Below, one piece after another: positions 49,295-61,300 of a stretch of 64,000 nt of DNA. This stretch comes from Tubiluchus corallicola (lineage: Eukaryota > Animalia > Priapulida): NCBI GenBank assembly GCA_030141605.1, contig JAQGDQ010000123.1, forward strand, positions 1 to 64,000. Direction: 5' to 3'. The notes beneath the pieces were generated by a model. The model made no database searches, was not told the DNA's origin, and worked only from the letters and a program-made list of their open reading frames with translations. Both the position numbers and the translations under genes were made by a program. Numbering within the stretch: position 1 is the first letter of the stretch; every line of letters starts with the position of its first letter.

Positions 49295-49640
49295 CAAGTG
49301 AATATATCTTTATTAACACCCTACATGTGTTTTACCCTACTCAGGGCTTCTTTAAGGACTATAAAACAAGCAGACAACATTAATCACTTAAACACAGTCA
49401 CACGAAAATTACACAGATTATGCACTGATTATTAATTAAAAACATCTCAAAAACTAAACTGAAGTCGTTAATTAGATTATGAATGTGAATGCCACAATGT
49501 TGGTAAACTATAGCACTTTGGTTCACAATTAATACCCATTGCAAGTAATGAATTGAAGAAAAAAAGAGATGCTGAAAAATTGGGACTTGAACCAAAGACT
49601 TTGGATTAGATCACGCATGCTCTGGCACCAGAGCTACCAG
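49295..49640 (-). mobile_element. tRNA-headed SINE-like element with a degenerate hammerhead-like motif and AATAAA at its 3' end
   Basis: Minus strand A box TAGCTCTGGTG, B box GGTTCAAGTCC; 3' end CTTAAAGA-a-GCCC-tgagta-GGGT-AAAA-CACATG-TA, then AATAAA (49314-49309). Confidence 0.55.
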
Positions 49641-51663
49641 TTCAATATGACAAAAGAGGCCTGAAATTTCATTCTACTAGCAAACATTCCAACAGCACCA
49701 TCTGCACCCATGACAATAGGGGGATACTTGTGATCTCAAGTTTTTCAAATTGACGTCACTGGCGAGTATAAAAAACTATAGATGAAACCCAACATGAAAT
49801 GACCGCAATTTTAAAGTGATTTATACTAATTACACTTATCACACTTTTATTATTAAAACCTTTTAATCAAATTGTATTTTTTGCAACAATCATATAAGCC
49901 TAACTTTCCAGAAGGCTTGACTTTTCCTTTAATCTTACCTGTTATCTTGAAATCAGCAGGTTTCAAATTGTTCATTTGATCTACGTTTACTAGTTTGTAT
50001 CATTGTGCTCTTCGGAAGTTAGTTTCACGTTGCTCGATACTGACGGTTCCGTTTTTCTTTCCATTAGTTTTCTGCAAAAAATGAAGGCTTTTTCAGTGGA
50101 CTACTTTACCATTGCTAACCATTGTCCCTGGCGCTAGCATTATTCTCGTTTACTATGTGCCAGTGACTTTTGAATAAAACTTTTACTTAGTGTACATGCA
50201 GCAAGCAGTTATTACAGAGTAAATTCATTACATAACAATCAAATTTCACTAAGCTTAACATGTTAATTGATGGACTTGACAATGCTCTGCTCGGCACAAA
50301 TTTTTCCTTGTTTTGCCTAAGATAAGCTTAGTTCCATGCCGAGACTTAGTTTAAGTTAACAGTCACTATAAGAGGCTTAGGCAGGCGGGCCTAATAAGAC
50401 AAATTGCAAAAGTGAGTCAGCTATATTCAGTAATTTATAAACAAACAACCAGTCTACAGTAAAACAATGGCATTGAACATTGTCATTGTACAATAAATAA
50501 ATAGACATACATGTTTACGCTCCTATGTCGGCTTGCCGGACAAAAGCGGAGAGACGTATGTCCAAATTTGCCGATTGTCCGTATTTACCGATACTAAGCT
50601 AATACAGTAGGCTCATGGTAATGTAGAATCAATCACCTAGTCATCTCAAAAAGACCTAGTACGGGCTGTCAGGGCCGCTCCTGACATACAAGCTACACCC
50701 ATGGCTGTTTGGTTGTACTGATGTAATGATGTAAACAAAGTGACAGCCCTGCAACTAGCGGTCAGCTCGCAAAACAACGGACTGTGCCCGCAGTATGAGG
50801 TACTTTTAACAGTCCAGATTTTCTCCGACTTTTCTGATATCCGCAAAAGCAAGGTCCAGCAAACCGAGATATGAGTGTATTAAAAAATTTGAGCATATAA
50901 TACACAAAAGCATCCGGAGTTTCGCGTCTGACCATCAGCGCCGGCTGCCATGATCTTTGGTTTCATTACCACTGACATTATATACATTTTTTCTCGCTTC
51001 CAGATGCTGGACACAATAACGCGTGCTCAAATTTTTGAAATAGCCATGTGTAGTTACTGTTGTATACCAAAAATGTTTAGGGCCATTACTTTACGGTACA
51101 TTATTTGTTTCTCTACAAATTACTGAATTTAGCTGACTCAAATTTTTTCACTTTGCAATTTGTCTTATTTGCTGTAACTGCCTAACCCTCTTGTAGCGGC
51201 TGTTAACTTAAATTGCGGTTTACAGCGGCTTGACCTAATAACTATCAACAAAACGCAATCTTAACAATCATTAAAAACAAACGAGCAAATTAAAAAACCA
51301 GTAAATATGAAAAGTTAACTAACGGTATTTTGGTATACGGCATGTGGTGCACTGCTGGAAGATGATAAACCAGGTTTGAATTGAAAGAAAACTGGTGTCT
51401 GAAATGATAAAAATGTTGAATATGATAAAAACGATTGAAAAATGATGAAAATTACAACAGCAATTACAACAACAGATCAAAATCAACAAGTATGCGCCAA
51501 ATTTAATCAGTGTACTTTTCCTTTAATCCTATTTCATCAACTAAATACTTCAGTCGATATATTATCTTACTTATTCGTCAAACAATTTAAAATGCATTGA
51601 ATTTAGTAAACAACACCAAAATATCTTACTGATCCTGCTACATATCGAAAGTAAACCTGTTTC

Positions 51664-51684
51664 TCACATTATCTTGATAAAGTG
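51664..51684 (-). CDS. ZnF gene probable stop-containing exon (HFIKIM*); the exon continues to a donor after 51630
   Basis: gtttttcag acceptor, phase 0, TGA at 51666-51664, gtaag donor starting at 51629. Confidence 0.55.
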   Translation of the reverse strand, partial: HFIKIM

Positions 51685-52250
51685 CTGAAAAACTTTTTTA
51701 ATGAGATTTGCTTTTGTATAGAAAGACAAAGTCATGCTACTATAGCTCTTCTGTGCAGCAAAACAGTGAGAAATGCATTCACAAATTATCTAAATAAGAC
51801 TCCGTACCGACAAAAAGAGCAGATAAAAATAGCCCGCTGAAGTTTGTTGAAGTCGTTGAGGTCACTTGGACTTAAATCGACAATCAAGTACTTCCTCTGT
51901 ATTGCTTCCTTTAATGCCTGATAAATCAATTTAAGAATCAATCGCAAAGATGATCTATTAGTGATGTAAAATAACATAGCCAAATAACACTCTTATCACT
52001 GTACTATGGCTTTACTCTAAAGCTGCAGTTTGTTCGTCTAATTCTTAGTGGCTACTTAGGCCTTAAAACCATAGTTATGCGTCTTATGCTGAAAGTAAAA
52101 TGTCTTGAATAGCTTTTAATCAATGATGGTGATTTGAATACTGTAGTACCATAATTTGTTTAAAGGGGAAAAGGGAATTTTAAAATATATATCACAACAA
52201 AAATTACACACATTAGCTTCATGCTTAGTTGATTGAATAATAATAATTCT

Positions 52251-52318
<68 letters not shown>

Positions 52319-55300
52319 CAATTTAAAATGTTGACACCGCCTGGTAAAACGACACTGCATTACCATCCCAGTGTGCACCACTCATTCACCAAAAACATAT
52401 TTTTGATCTTATTGACAAAATAAAGTAATTTATACTTTTGCATAGTTAATGAAGGGTGGACTAAGAATGCTCTAATTATTTTTTCAAAACTTTATGCAAT
52501 GTTATCTAAACTTATTTCAAATGACAAAATTTTAAAATGGTAGTGCCTAACAGTCATCGCGGAAGTTTAAAATTACAAGTTTTATATGACGTTACTGCTA
52601 AACGCAAGTCATGTAAGCAATAAAACAGTATGTAAGTGATGTAAAATTTCAAGACAAATTCTTAAGTTTAATTTATGATGAACGTTTTTTATGCTTTAAG
52701 TACTAATACATACTGAATGAATATTTAAAACGGGTTCCACGTTCATTTCTCTTGCTTTCTTATAGATGTGGTTATTCACCCTGGAAAACAATAATATTCA
52801 GAAATACAACATGTAGTTTTCTTGTTTAATAGGCCATGCAGAAAATGTTAAGCCTTACGTCATAGTGATCACTCAATTTTGTTTTGTAAGCATATTATAC
52901 TTAGCAATTATATAATAAGCCTTTTCATAGTACCAACTGACGATTTTTTCACATTTTCACGATTGATGATGATCGTGAAAAAGTCAAAGGTTAAGTGTAC
53001 CAGACAATTCATATGTGTACACTTGACAATGCCTCGCAGCCCACGCTATGGTAATAGTAACAGTTTTAACAGCTAGCTGAACCTTAACTAGTTCATTTTT
53101 TCTTGTTCCCAAGCAAGATTCTGCTAGTAAATCACTCTACGCACAGGCTAATGCATAATTAAATAAAGTGCACGTAAAACAACTAAAGTTATTGAACTGA
53201 TGCAGCAGACGGCTTTGTCTTTACCCACATGTCACGCGACAGTTGTAGTTAAGACGCTTTGCTGTGTTCACTTATCTTGTGACCAACAGCTACTGCGCGT
53301 GCGCATAGCGAAAATGTAAAAAGGCTTATTGCACATATTGTATGCACCTGGAACATCTTAATTACAATAGTAATTGGACATACAGTAGACTCTGCATAAT
53401 TCGGATCTGTGTAATTTGGAATAGGCTCATCTCAGACATATTCGTCAGAACGTGCAATATGTGTTTCTACATATCTTAATTGCAAAACTCGGTACTTCCA
53501 ACTCTGTATATCGCGGAATTTGGTATTTTAGAGAAACAATTTACGCACAACCCATTGTATTTGCTCTGAATATCTTCGGAAACACAAAAACATTGTCAAT
53601 AGAATTGTCCCACCAGTAGGGTTACAAAACAATTACAAAATAAATCAGTAAATATTACAGAGTATTTATGCATTTGACACACGTAAACTGCCTTGTTTAC
53701 TGAGGAATTTGCATACAAATTTACTGATTACACTCTTTTAATGAAATGGAAAAGTGGAGAAATATTTCATAATATAATATAATATAATATAATATAATAT
53801 AATATAATATAATATAATATAATATAATATAATATAATATAATATAACATAATATAATATAATATAATATAATATAATATAATATAATATAATATAATAT
53901 AATATAATATAATATAATATAATAATAATAATAATAATAATATAATATAATATAATATAATATAATATAATATAATATAATATAATATAACATAACATAA
54001 CATAACATAACATAACATAACATAACATAACATAACATAACATAACATAACATAATATAATATAATATTTCTCCGCTTTCCCATTTCAATAAAAGAGTGT
54101 AATCAGTAAATTTGCATGCTGGAACTAGACCTCAGTTTCAATAGACCCTGACAGACTATCTTTCTCAATAAATGCAGTGCTTTTATGCATGCGAGCGTGT
54201 GCAAACTTTGCATATAAAATTTCCCTACTGGTTGCCTATTATCGTAATTAATTGCAACATAATTAATTGTGTTAAAATGCATACTTTTTGGACTTGAAAA
54301 TAGGGGGTAGTACATGAAAAATCATCCTGTCTTCCTATAAGCAACTCACTTTTGAAGCGATGTTGGATACGCAAACTAGCAGTCTCTCTGTGTACGCGCA
54401 TGACACGAAAAACTGTGACCTAAAATTATGTAGCATGTTTGTCACATCTTACCATTTCTGATGTCTGGATCCCTTCAAGTGAGTTACCAAGTAAAATGTA
54501 CTAGTAAAGTATTTTCTGAAAAAAATAACGAATGAAATATTAAGAATTTGACATCCAGAGAAAAATGTAATTTTAAAATAAGCTTAAATTCAAAGGCATT
54601 ACAAACACATAACAAAAACTGAAACGTCTTAAAATCAAACCAAATCTTCACTATAATACAAGCTTTTATAACCTATAATCCTACTCTCATTACGAATATG
54701 CAATTTATTTGATTAAAAACTTACTGTAAAACTGGGTTTCTTTTGAATTTTATCACTTTGTTGCTAGAGGTATTAAATTTGAAGAACCGCAATTTATGAT
54801 TGTGCGAGACGAATGACGTCATGAGTACAGTCTTGAGATCAGGAAACAAACATCGGTAACCAGAGACGCTTTTTGCACCTTATGCTGACTCACACCAAAG
54901 AACGAAACATGGTGATCTCTTTGCACGCGTACAAAATTTGCCAGAAAAAGGTAAGTTATTTAATTTATATGTCAGTTTTGTCAAACAGTAACTTTGTGTA
55001 ACCATAATAATACATCGAGGTTAAAGAAACCTCAATGTTTGTACGTTTGTTGGAGTTTATAAAAACACTAACATTTGACTCTGGGTCAGATCTTTTGCTA
55101 GACTCTGTTTCATTAGCTAAAAAACATACGACTAATGAAAAAGCTATACGCGGATATGTAACAAAATGGATCTGTAGTTTCAACTTTTGTTTATATTAAA
55201 CTCGGATCATAAAATTTGAGAATTAACATCTTACGTCTTACATAGTAAAGCTTACGATGACACACCAAGTAAGACATAATTGTTGATATCTTACTGAGAA

Positions 55301-58300
55301 ATAAATTGTTAATAAAAAGTTTTGCATAACAAAGATACACTCTAAAATAAGCCTTAGTTACCAATTTTAAATTGTAGAAAAATAAAAGAGAAAAAGAAAA
55401 CAAAATGAAGTTACAAGGATAAATGTACAGCAGCTGTAAAATAGTATAAATACAGGTGTTAAAAAGCAAAGAAGTAAACTAAAGATTAAAACCAGTGGCA
55501 GCTCATCTATAGGTTCTGTGGAACTGGAGCATCTCATATTTTCACGCAGTATTATAGATAATATTCAATATAATAAGTCTTTTTAATTTAGTTCTTTCTT
55601 TATACTTGTATGGAACCAGAGTACGTGAGGGTAGTACTTTTTGCTTCACAGCCCAGCACAGTGGCGTGTTCGGCTATTGCGCGCATGCAGCCATCTGCAC
55701 GTGTCTCAGATAACATGCTGTATGCTGCACAGCTAGCATCTGCTGCTAGGTAGAAAAAATACTGCCACTCACACAGTTTGTTGTCAGTTGTTACATGCTT
55801 AAAAATTGTGTAGGGGCATATTCTTGAACTGTGGCAATTTAGGCTATTTGTAAGCAAGAAATTTTTTTGTTTAGGATTTTATCAAGTTTGTTTGTTTAAA
55901 ATTACAATTACAAATTACAACAATTAAAATTATATATGTCTGTTTCGTTTCACACAATATTAAAACTATATAGCTGAAAATTTTCTGAAGCAGCCCCCAC
56001 TAATTATAACTACAAGCCTGATTTCACAGTAGCTTGCTAGCAGTTAAAAACTAATAAAAAATATAAAAATATCATCAAAGCAACAAGAATAAGTAAGAAG
56101 ATACATTTAATCCTCGATTAATGACTCCCCATTTAGCGATGTTTCGTTTTAATGACGCTGAACCTTTGACACCTTAACGATGCACAGTTTCGTTTTAACG
56201 ACGATTTTTTTTTACCTTGCTCACAGCTATTTTTATTTTATCAACAATTTTAAACGATACATATTGCGTTTTTCTGTTCAAAAAATGCATTAGTAACCTA
56301 AATAGTGCAATTATTATAATGTTTTTGCTTCCCGACTGACTACGTACTAAATTCTAGCCATTTGTATCCAGCGACACCCCAGTTTAAACTTTATGCCAAG
56401 GAATTTTGTCTGTAACTTGTTGCTATAACGATCAGATTAGTACTACATGAAATTCACTCAAATGGTTATATTCCATCTGAAGCTGTTTATGTAGAACACA
56501 AGTCACTCTGCATGTAAAATATATTCACAGTTTAACCTATTATAATAATTTGTAAGGGTGTGCATAAAAAGTCCAATTTTCCATTAGATTTGGCGTCTTC
56601 GACAGCTAAGAAAAAGTCAGTTAGGAAAAACTTTGGCAATCCATGGAAAGAGGAAATAGAGGCAGATGCTGCTGGGAAGCTAGTCGGGCAGGTTGACGTT
56701 GTGCAGCCAGGTGACGAGGTGAACAAAAACGAAGAAATTCAAGATGTGCAGGTTGACATAGTTAAGAGAAGCCAAGACAATCAAAACGCAAGTACCACTT
56801 TTCTTGTAACCTTGCATCAGCATTTGATGAAAATGATGTAATTTAATGTAATGATGTAACGTAATGATGTAATGTGCTGCACACAAACATTGTCTTAATT
56901 ACTGTATTTTCCGGTTCTCAAAGTTCTAATCATTTCTCGCCATAAATTGTCTAATAAATTGTGCATTCCAAAATTTGTGTACAGTAAGTCCTCGCTTAGC
57001 AACTCCCCGTGTAGCAATGTTTCATTTTAACGATGCTGATCACTTTACACCTTTTTCTCACTTAACGATGCACGGTTTCGTTTAACGATAATATTTTTTT
57101 ACTCTGCTCACAGCCGCTTTTTATTTTATCAAAAACTTTTTTTTACCTAATTTAAACTACCTAAAATGGTACATATTGCGTTATTCTGTTCGAAAATTGC
57201 ATTAGTAACCTAAACAGTGCAATTATTATAATGTTTTTGCTTCCCGACTGAATACGTGTCAAGCAACACCCGAGTTTAAAATTTATGCCAAGGAATTTTG
57301 TCTGTAACTTGTTGCAATAGCAATCAGATTAGTACTACAGGAAATTGTCTCAAGGTCACTTCATGCAGAGCTTGGCTTTCACGACGTAGTGTTTAACACG
57401 CAACGTTTAAATGGGAGGAGAAATCGTTAGCAAGTTTAGGTAAGATACTGGTAAGATAAGTGGTTTCATACAAACAGAAACAAATTAAAACTCATAAAAC
57501 GTCTAATTTTTATAATTTAAGCAGCATTGTTGCATTGATATTTGGTTCTGGAACGTATCTCAATTCGTTTACATTACTTCTTATGGAAGTTTTGGTTCTG
57601 TTTAATGATGTTTCGCTTAATGTTGCATCTACGTGGAACGCATTAACGTCTTTAAGCGAGGATTTACTATATCAGTAAAATGACTACATAAATCAGCATA
57701 CATTTCAACATACTGTAGTAAAATTAGTTAAACAAATGCCCCCTGTTTGAATCATCACTTGTTTAAATTTTCTTCTAACTACTTATACTCAACAAAAACG
57801 TTTTACTACTTTAAATATAACTTATACATACAAGCAGGTTAAACACTGCCTTTTTTCCATGTTGATTCGATACTCAATTTTCCTACCATTGTCAAGCTGT
57901 AATAAAATTCAAGAAACAAATAAAGCAAAGAATAAATTGTACAAAGAAAAAGAAATAAAATAATGATATTTTAATGTAAGATGCAAAAATTTACACTTAT
58001 TACTTGTTTAGTCTCTCTTAAAGGAAGACAGGATGATTTTTCATATACTACCCCATTTTCAAGTCCGATAAAAAGTACACATTTTAACACAATTAATACT
58101 GCAAAAAAGTTTCTGATCATTAAATAATAGATTAAAATCTTAATTAACGGCGGACGAGCCCAACTATTGATGACATCACAAACTAACATAATTTTCAACA
58201 GCAAAAACATTCCACAAGCATGTTGCACATGTTTGAGAAAGCGAAAATTCAAATACAGTGCTTTGTAAGATATTCAGCATGTTGTACTAAGACTAGGTAT

Positions 58301-61300
58301 GTTTTAAGATAAAAATTCAAATTTCAAATTTACCGCTGTGCTCAAGCATGAGTAGTGTGTAGTTCATCACAAACTAACACACCTAAAATCAGAGGTACAG
58401 CACCTGTTTTATTTGCAATGCCTTTCCGAAATGCAGACGCTATTGTCCGTCTAACTAGCAAATGGCAAAATGCATGTAACAGCGAAGAACTAGTGGCGAA
58501 AACGCATAATTGTGTTTCTGTGGTAACAATTCTTTTGCGTAAGTCATTTTTGAAAAAAATAGTACGTTTCGTTTCAATATTTTAAAGAGTAAATTATTTG
58601 ACCTACAGTTTAAGATTGGGTCCGGTTTTGCTTTAAATCAATATTTACTGACATTATGGCAGTGAGAGGATGTCAAAAAAGAACCTGGGTTTGAAACAGA
58701 GACCCCGGGTTAAGAATTTTTAACTTTCCAAAATATTTTCAGCAAAAACTTACCAATAGTGGTTCTTCAGCAAGTAATGTTTCCTTTCTGCAAAGAAACG
58801 TGAGCCATAAAAGCAATTATTATGCTCTAATTTTTCTACAAATTTATTAGAAATAAGCAAATTACCAGTGACAAAAACCTCCCATTCCCATTCTCTCCAT
58901 AAACATCCCATTTTCTAAATAAACTTTTAACCAGGATCGCATTTACCAGTAAACTAACTAAGCTGTAGCCTACGGCACCAAATCTTGAAATGCCCAATTT
59001 TACGGGCCCCAGTATTTAAAAATTCTTATTTTCCTCTCAGAAAATGTGTATATTTTCGTGTTCATATGAAGCACGTATTTTGTAACATACCACAATCAGT
59101 TACTGAGTCCGATTTTATATAAAGGTCACATAACAAAGAAGTACAATTATTAAATAAAAGGTACTACACCACCAGTGGCTGCACAGCCTACTCAGGCATG
59201 GATATCAGTGGGATTGGGCAGGACTGAACTGTCAATCTAAGTCGTCATAATGTCTTAATACATGATGCTTCAATGTGAGAAACCTAGTGAAGCATTACAT
59301 GAACAAAAACAACGTAAAGGCAGTGTCACAATGCAACAGACTTATCTAACAAGAGAAAACAAATTCAAATCACAATCTACATTTGTTAACCTCTTATTTC
59401 AAAACCATAAAGTGACGTTGCATCACTCAACGTACCACCTCATTCTGTTTGCATATAACGAAACAAAAGAACGCCACACTTCCAGAACATGTACTCCCCA
59501 CATGAACAACCACCCACAAATCTGCTATGCAAAGTCATAAGCAATGGTCTTAATGGTTAAAAGTTATTTACAGGCAAGTAAATGTTGATCTAATAAAAAC
59601 TCTAACTCACAATTTTACATTCGCCAGATGGCGGTCAGATTTTACATGTGGTCTGGCTGAAAAGAAATACTCCTCCATGCTTGAATAGATCTGACAATTA
59701 GCATATATGCTGAAAAGAAAACAATGAAAATAATGAATTATCTGATTAGATTACATGCAAAAGTGACAAACTTTGTTACAGTTTCACTCTTATAGTTGCA
59801 CTAAAAGTTAACAAAAATGAAAAAGAAATTTATACCTGCATAGTTTGCAAAGATAGAGTGTTTCTCTTAGCTTCGTCAAATTTGACAAATCACTTTCTCT
59901 CTCTAGAGTCGTCTGAACATCATCACTTTTGATCATATTGGTTATTATCTAAAAAAGGTAATAATTTCGTAATATTTTGCGGCCGGCAAGAATGATGTTT
60001 TCCTCGAATAAAATGTGTTTCAGACAGTCAGACATCCAACCATACAGACTTTTTAGAACTAATTTATCGTTTTGACAGAAACTTAGAAGTTCTATGTACA
60101 TGGCATTTCTGCTTCTGCAATGTCATTATCATTCAGGCTTATTTTCTAATTTTCTTCTAAATTTTGAGATGTGAAATATGCAAAAAACCACGGTTTTACT
60201 GCAATTTCCATTAATAATTTAAAGCAAAACCGGGCCCAATCGCAAACTGTAGGTCAATACAAACTACTCTTTAAAATATTGAAAGGGAACCCACTTTTTA
60301 TCAGAAATGAAAGAATTATTACCACGCAAACACAATTTCGCATTCACGTCACTAGTTCTTCGCTGTTACATGCATTTCGCCATTCGCTAGTTGGACGAGC
60401 ACTAACGCCTGCATTTCGGAAATGCACTGCACGAAAAACAGGTGCTGTACCGCTCGGTTCAGATGTGTTAGCTTGCGATGAACTACACAAGTTTGATAGC
60501 TCATGCGTGAACACAGCAGTAAATTTGAACTTTGAATTTTTATCTTTAAACTTGCCTAGTTTTACTACAATGCACCGAATCTCTTCGTACGTTTGCAAAC
60601 ACATACAACATGCTCATGGAATATTCTTGTTGTTGAAAATTGTGTTAGTTTGTAATGCTGTCACTAGTTGGGCTGGCCCGCCATTAATTAAGTTTTTAAT
60701 CTATTATTTAATTATCAGAATATCAGAAGCACTTTTGCAGTATTAATTGTGTTAAAATATTTCCTTTTTAACAGACTTAAAAATGGGATAGAATATGAAA
60801 AATCATCCTGCTTCCTTTAAAAACAAGCACTCAGAACAAGAAGCACAGACACCTTCGTTATTTATGCAGGCCGTAGATTGGTACCACTCACATTTTTTGC
60901 TACTTTTCGACACAGTGTTACTACAACCGCCACATACACGAATGCTAATCTCTATCTGTGTCAAAATACTTCTTATTTGTTATTGCTTAATAATAAAGTG
61001 AGTTCATACAGTGACATAAAGGTATTGCATCTGAGAGTAGCAGTTACTTCACCCTAGCTAATATTTTACATACTTGAAACAGGTTGTAGACGGGTTTTAA
61101 TCCCATTTCTTGACTGCACCTCAATACCTTGTCCATCCTATCAAAAAATAAGAAACAATTTATACAAATTTTGATCATATATTATTAACACTGTATATGT
61201 TATCATCCAAACCAATGTGCTGCCTCAATTCGAGCATAGTGAGACACACATAAAAAGAGAAGTCTGATTATCTAAAACGTCATCACATTTACCCAAAATA

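Noticed and set aside
49939-50071. Selenocysteine read-through (one frame has a single in-frame TGA)
   Set aside because: No redox-type context or SECIS recognised, the next exon gives an immediate stop, and the upstream CDS most likely ends at 51664.
51399-51629. Intronic C/D snoRNA explaining the non-coding exons
   Set aside because: The TGATGA and CTGA boxes are only about 30 nt apart, too short for a snoRNA.
53721-54089. Three overlapping YYIIL-repeat ORFs
   Set aside because: Pentanucleotide microsatellite translations.
60171-60746. 191-aa ORF
   Set aside because: Lies within a non-autonomous repeat whose other copies do not preserve the frame; no transposase motifs seen.
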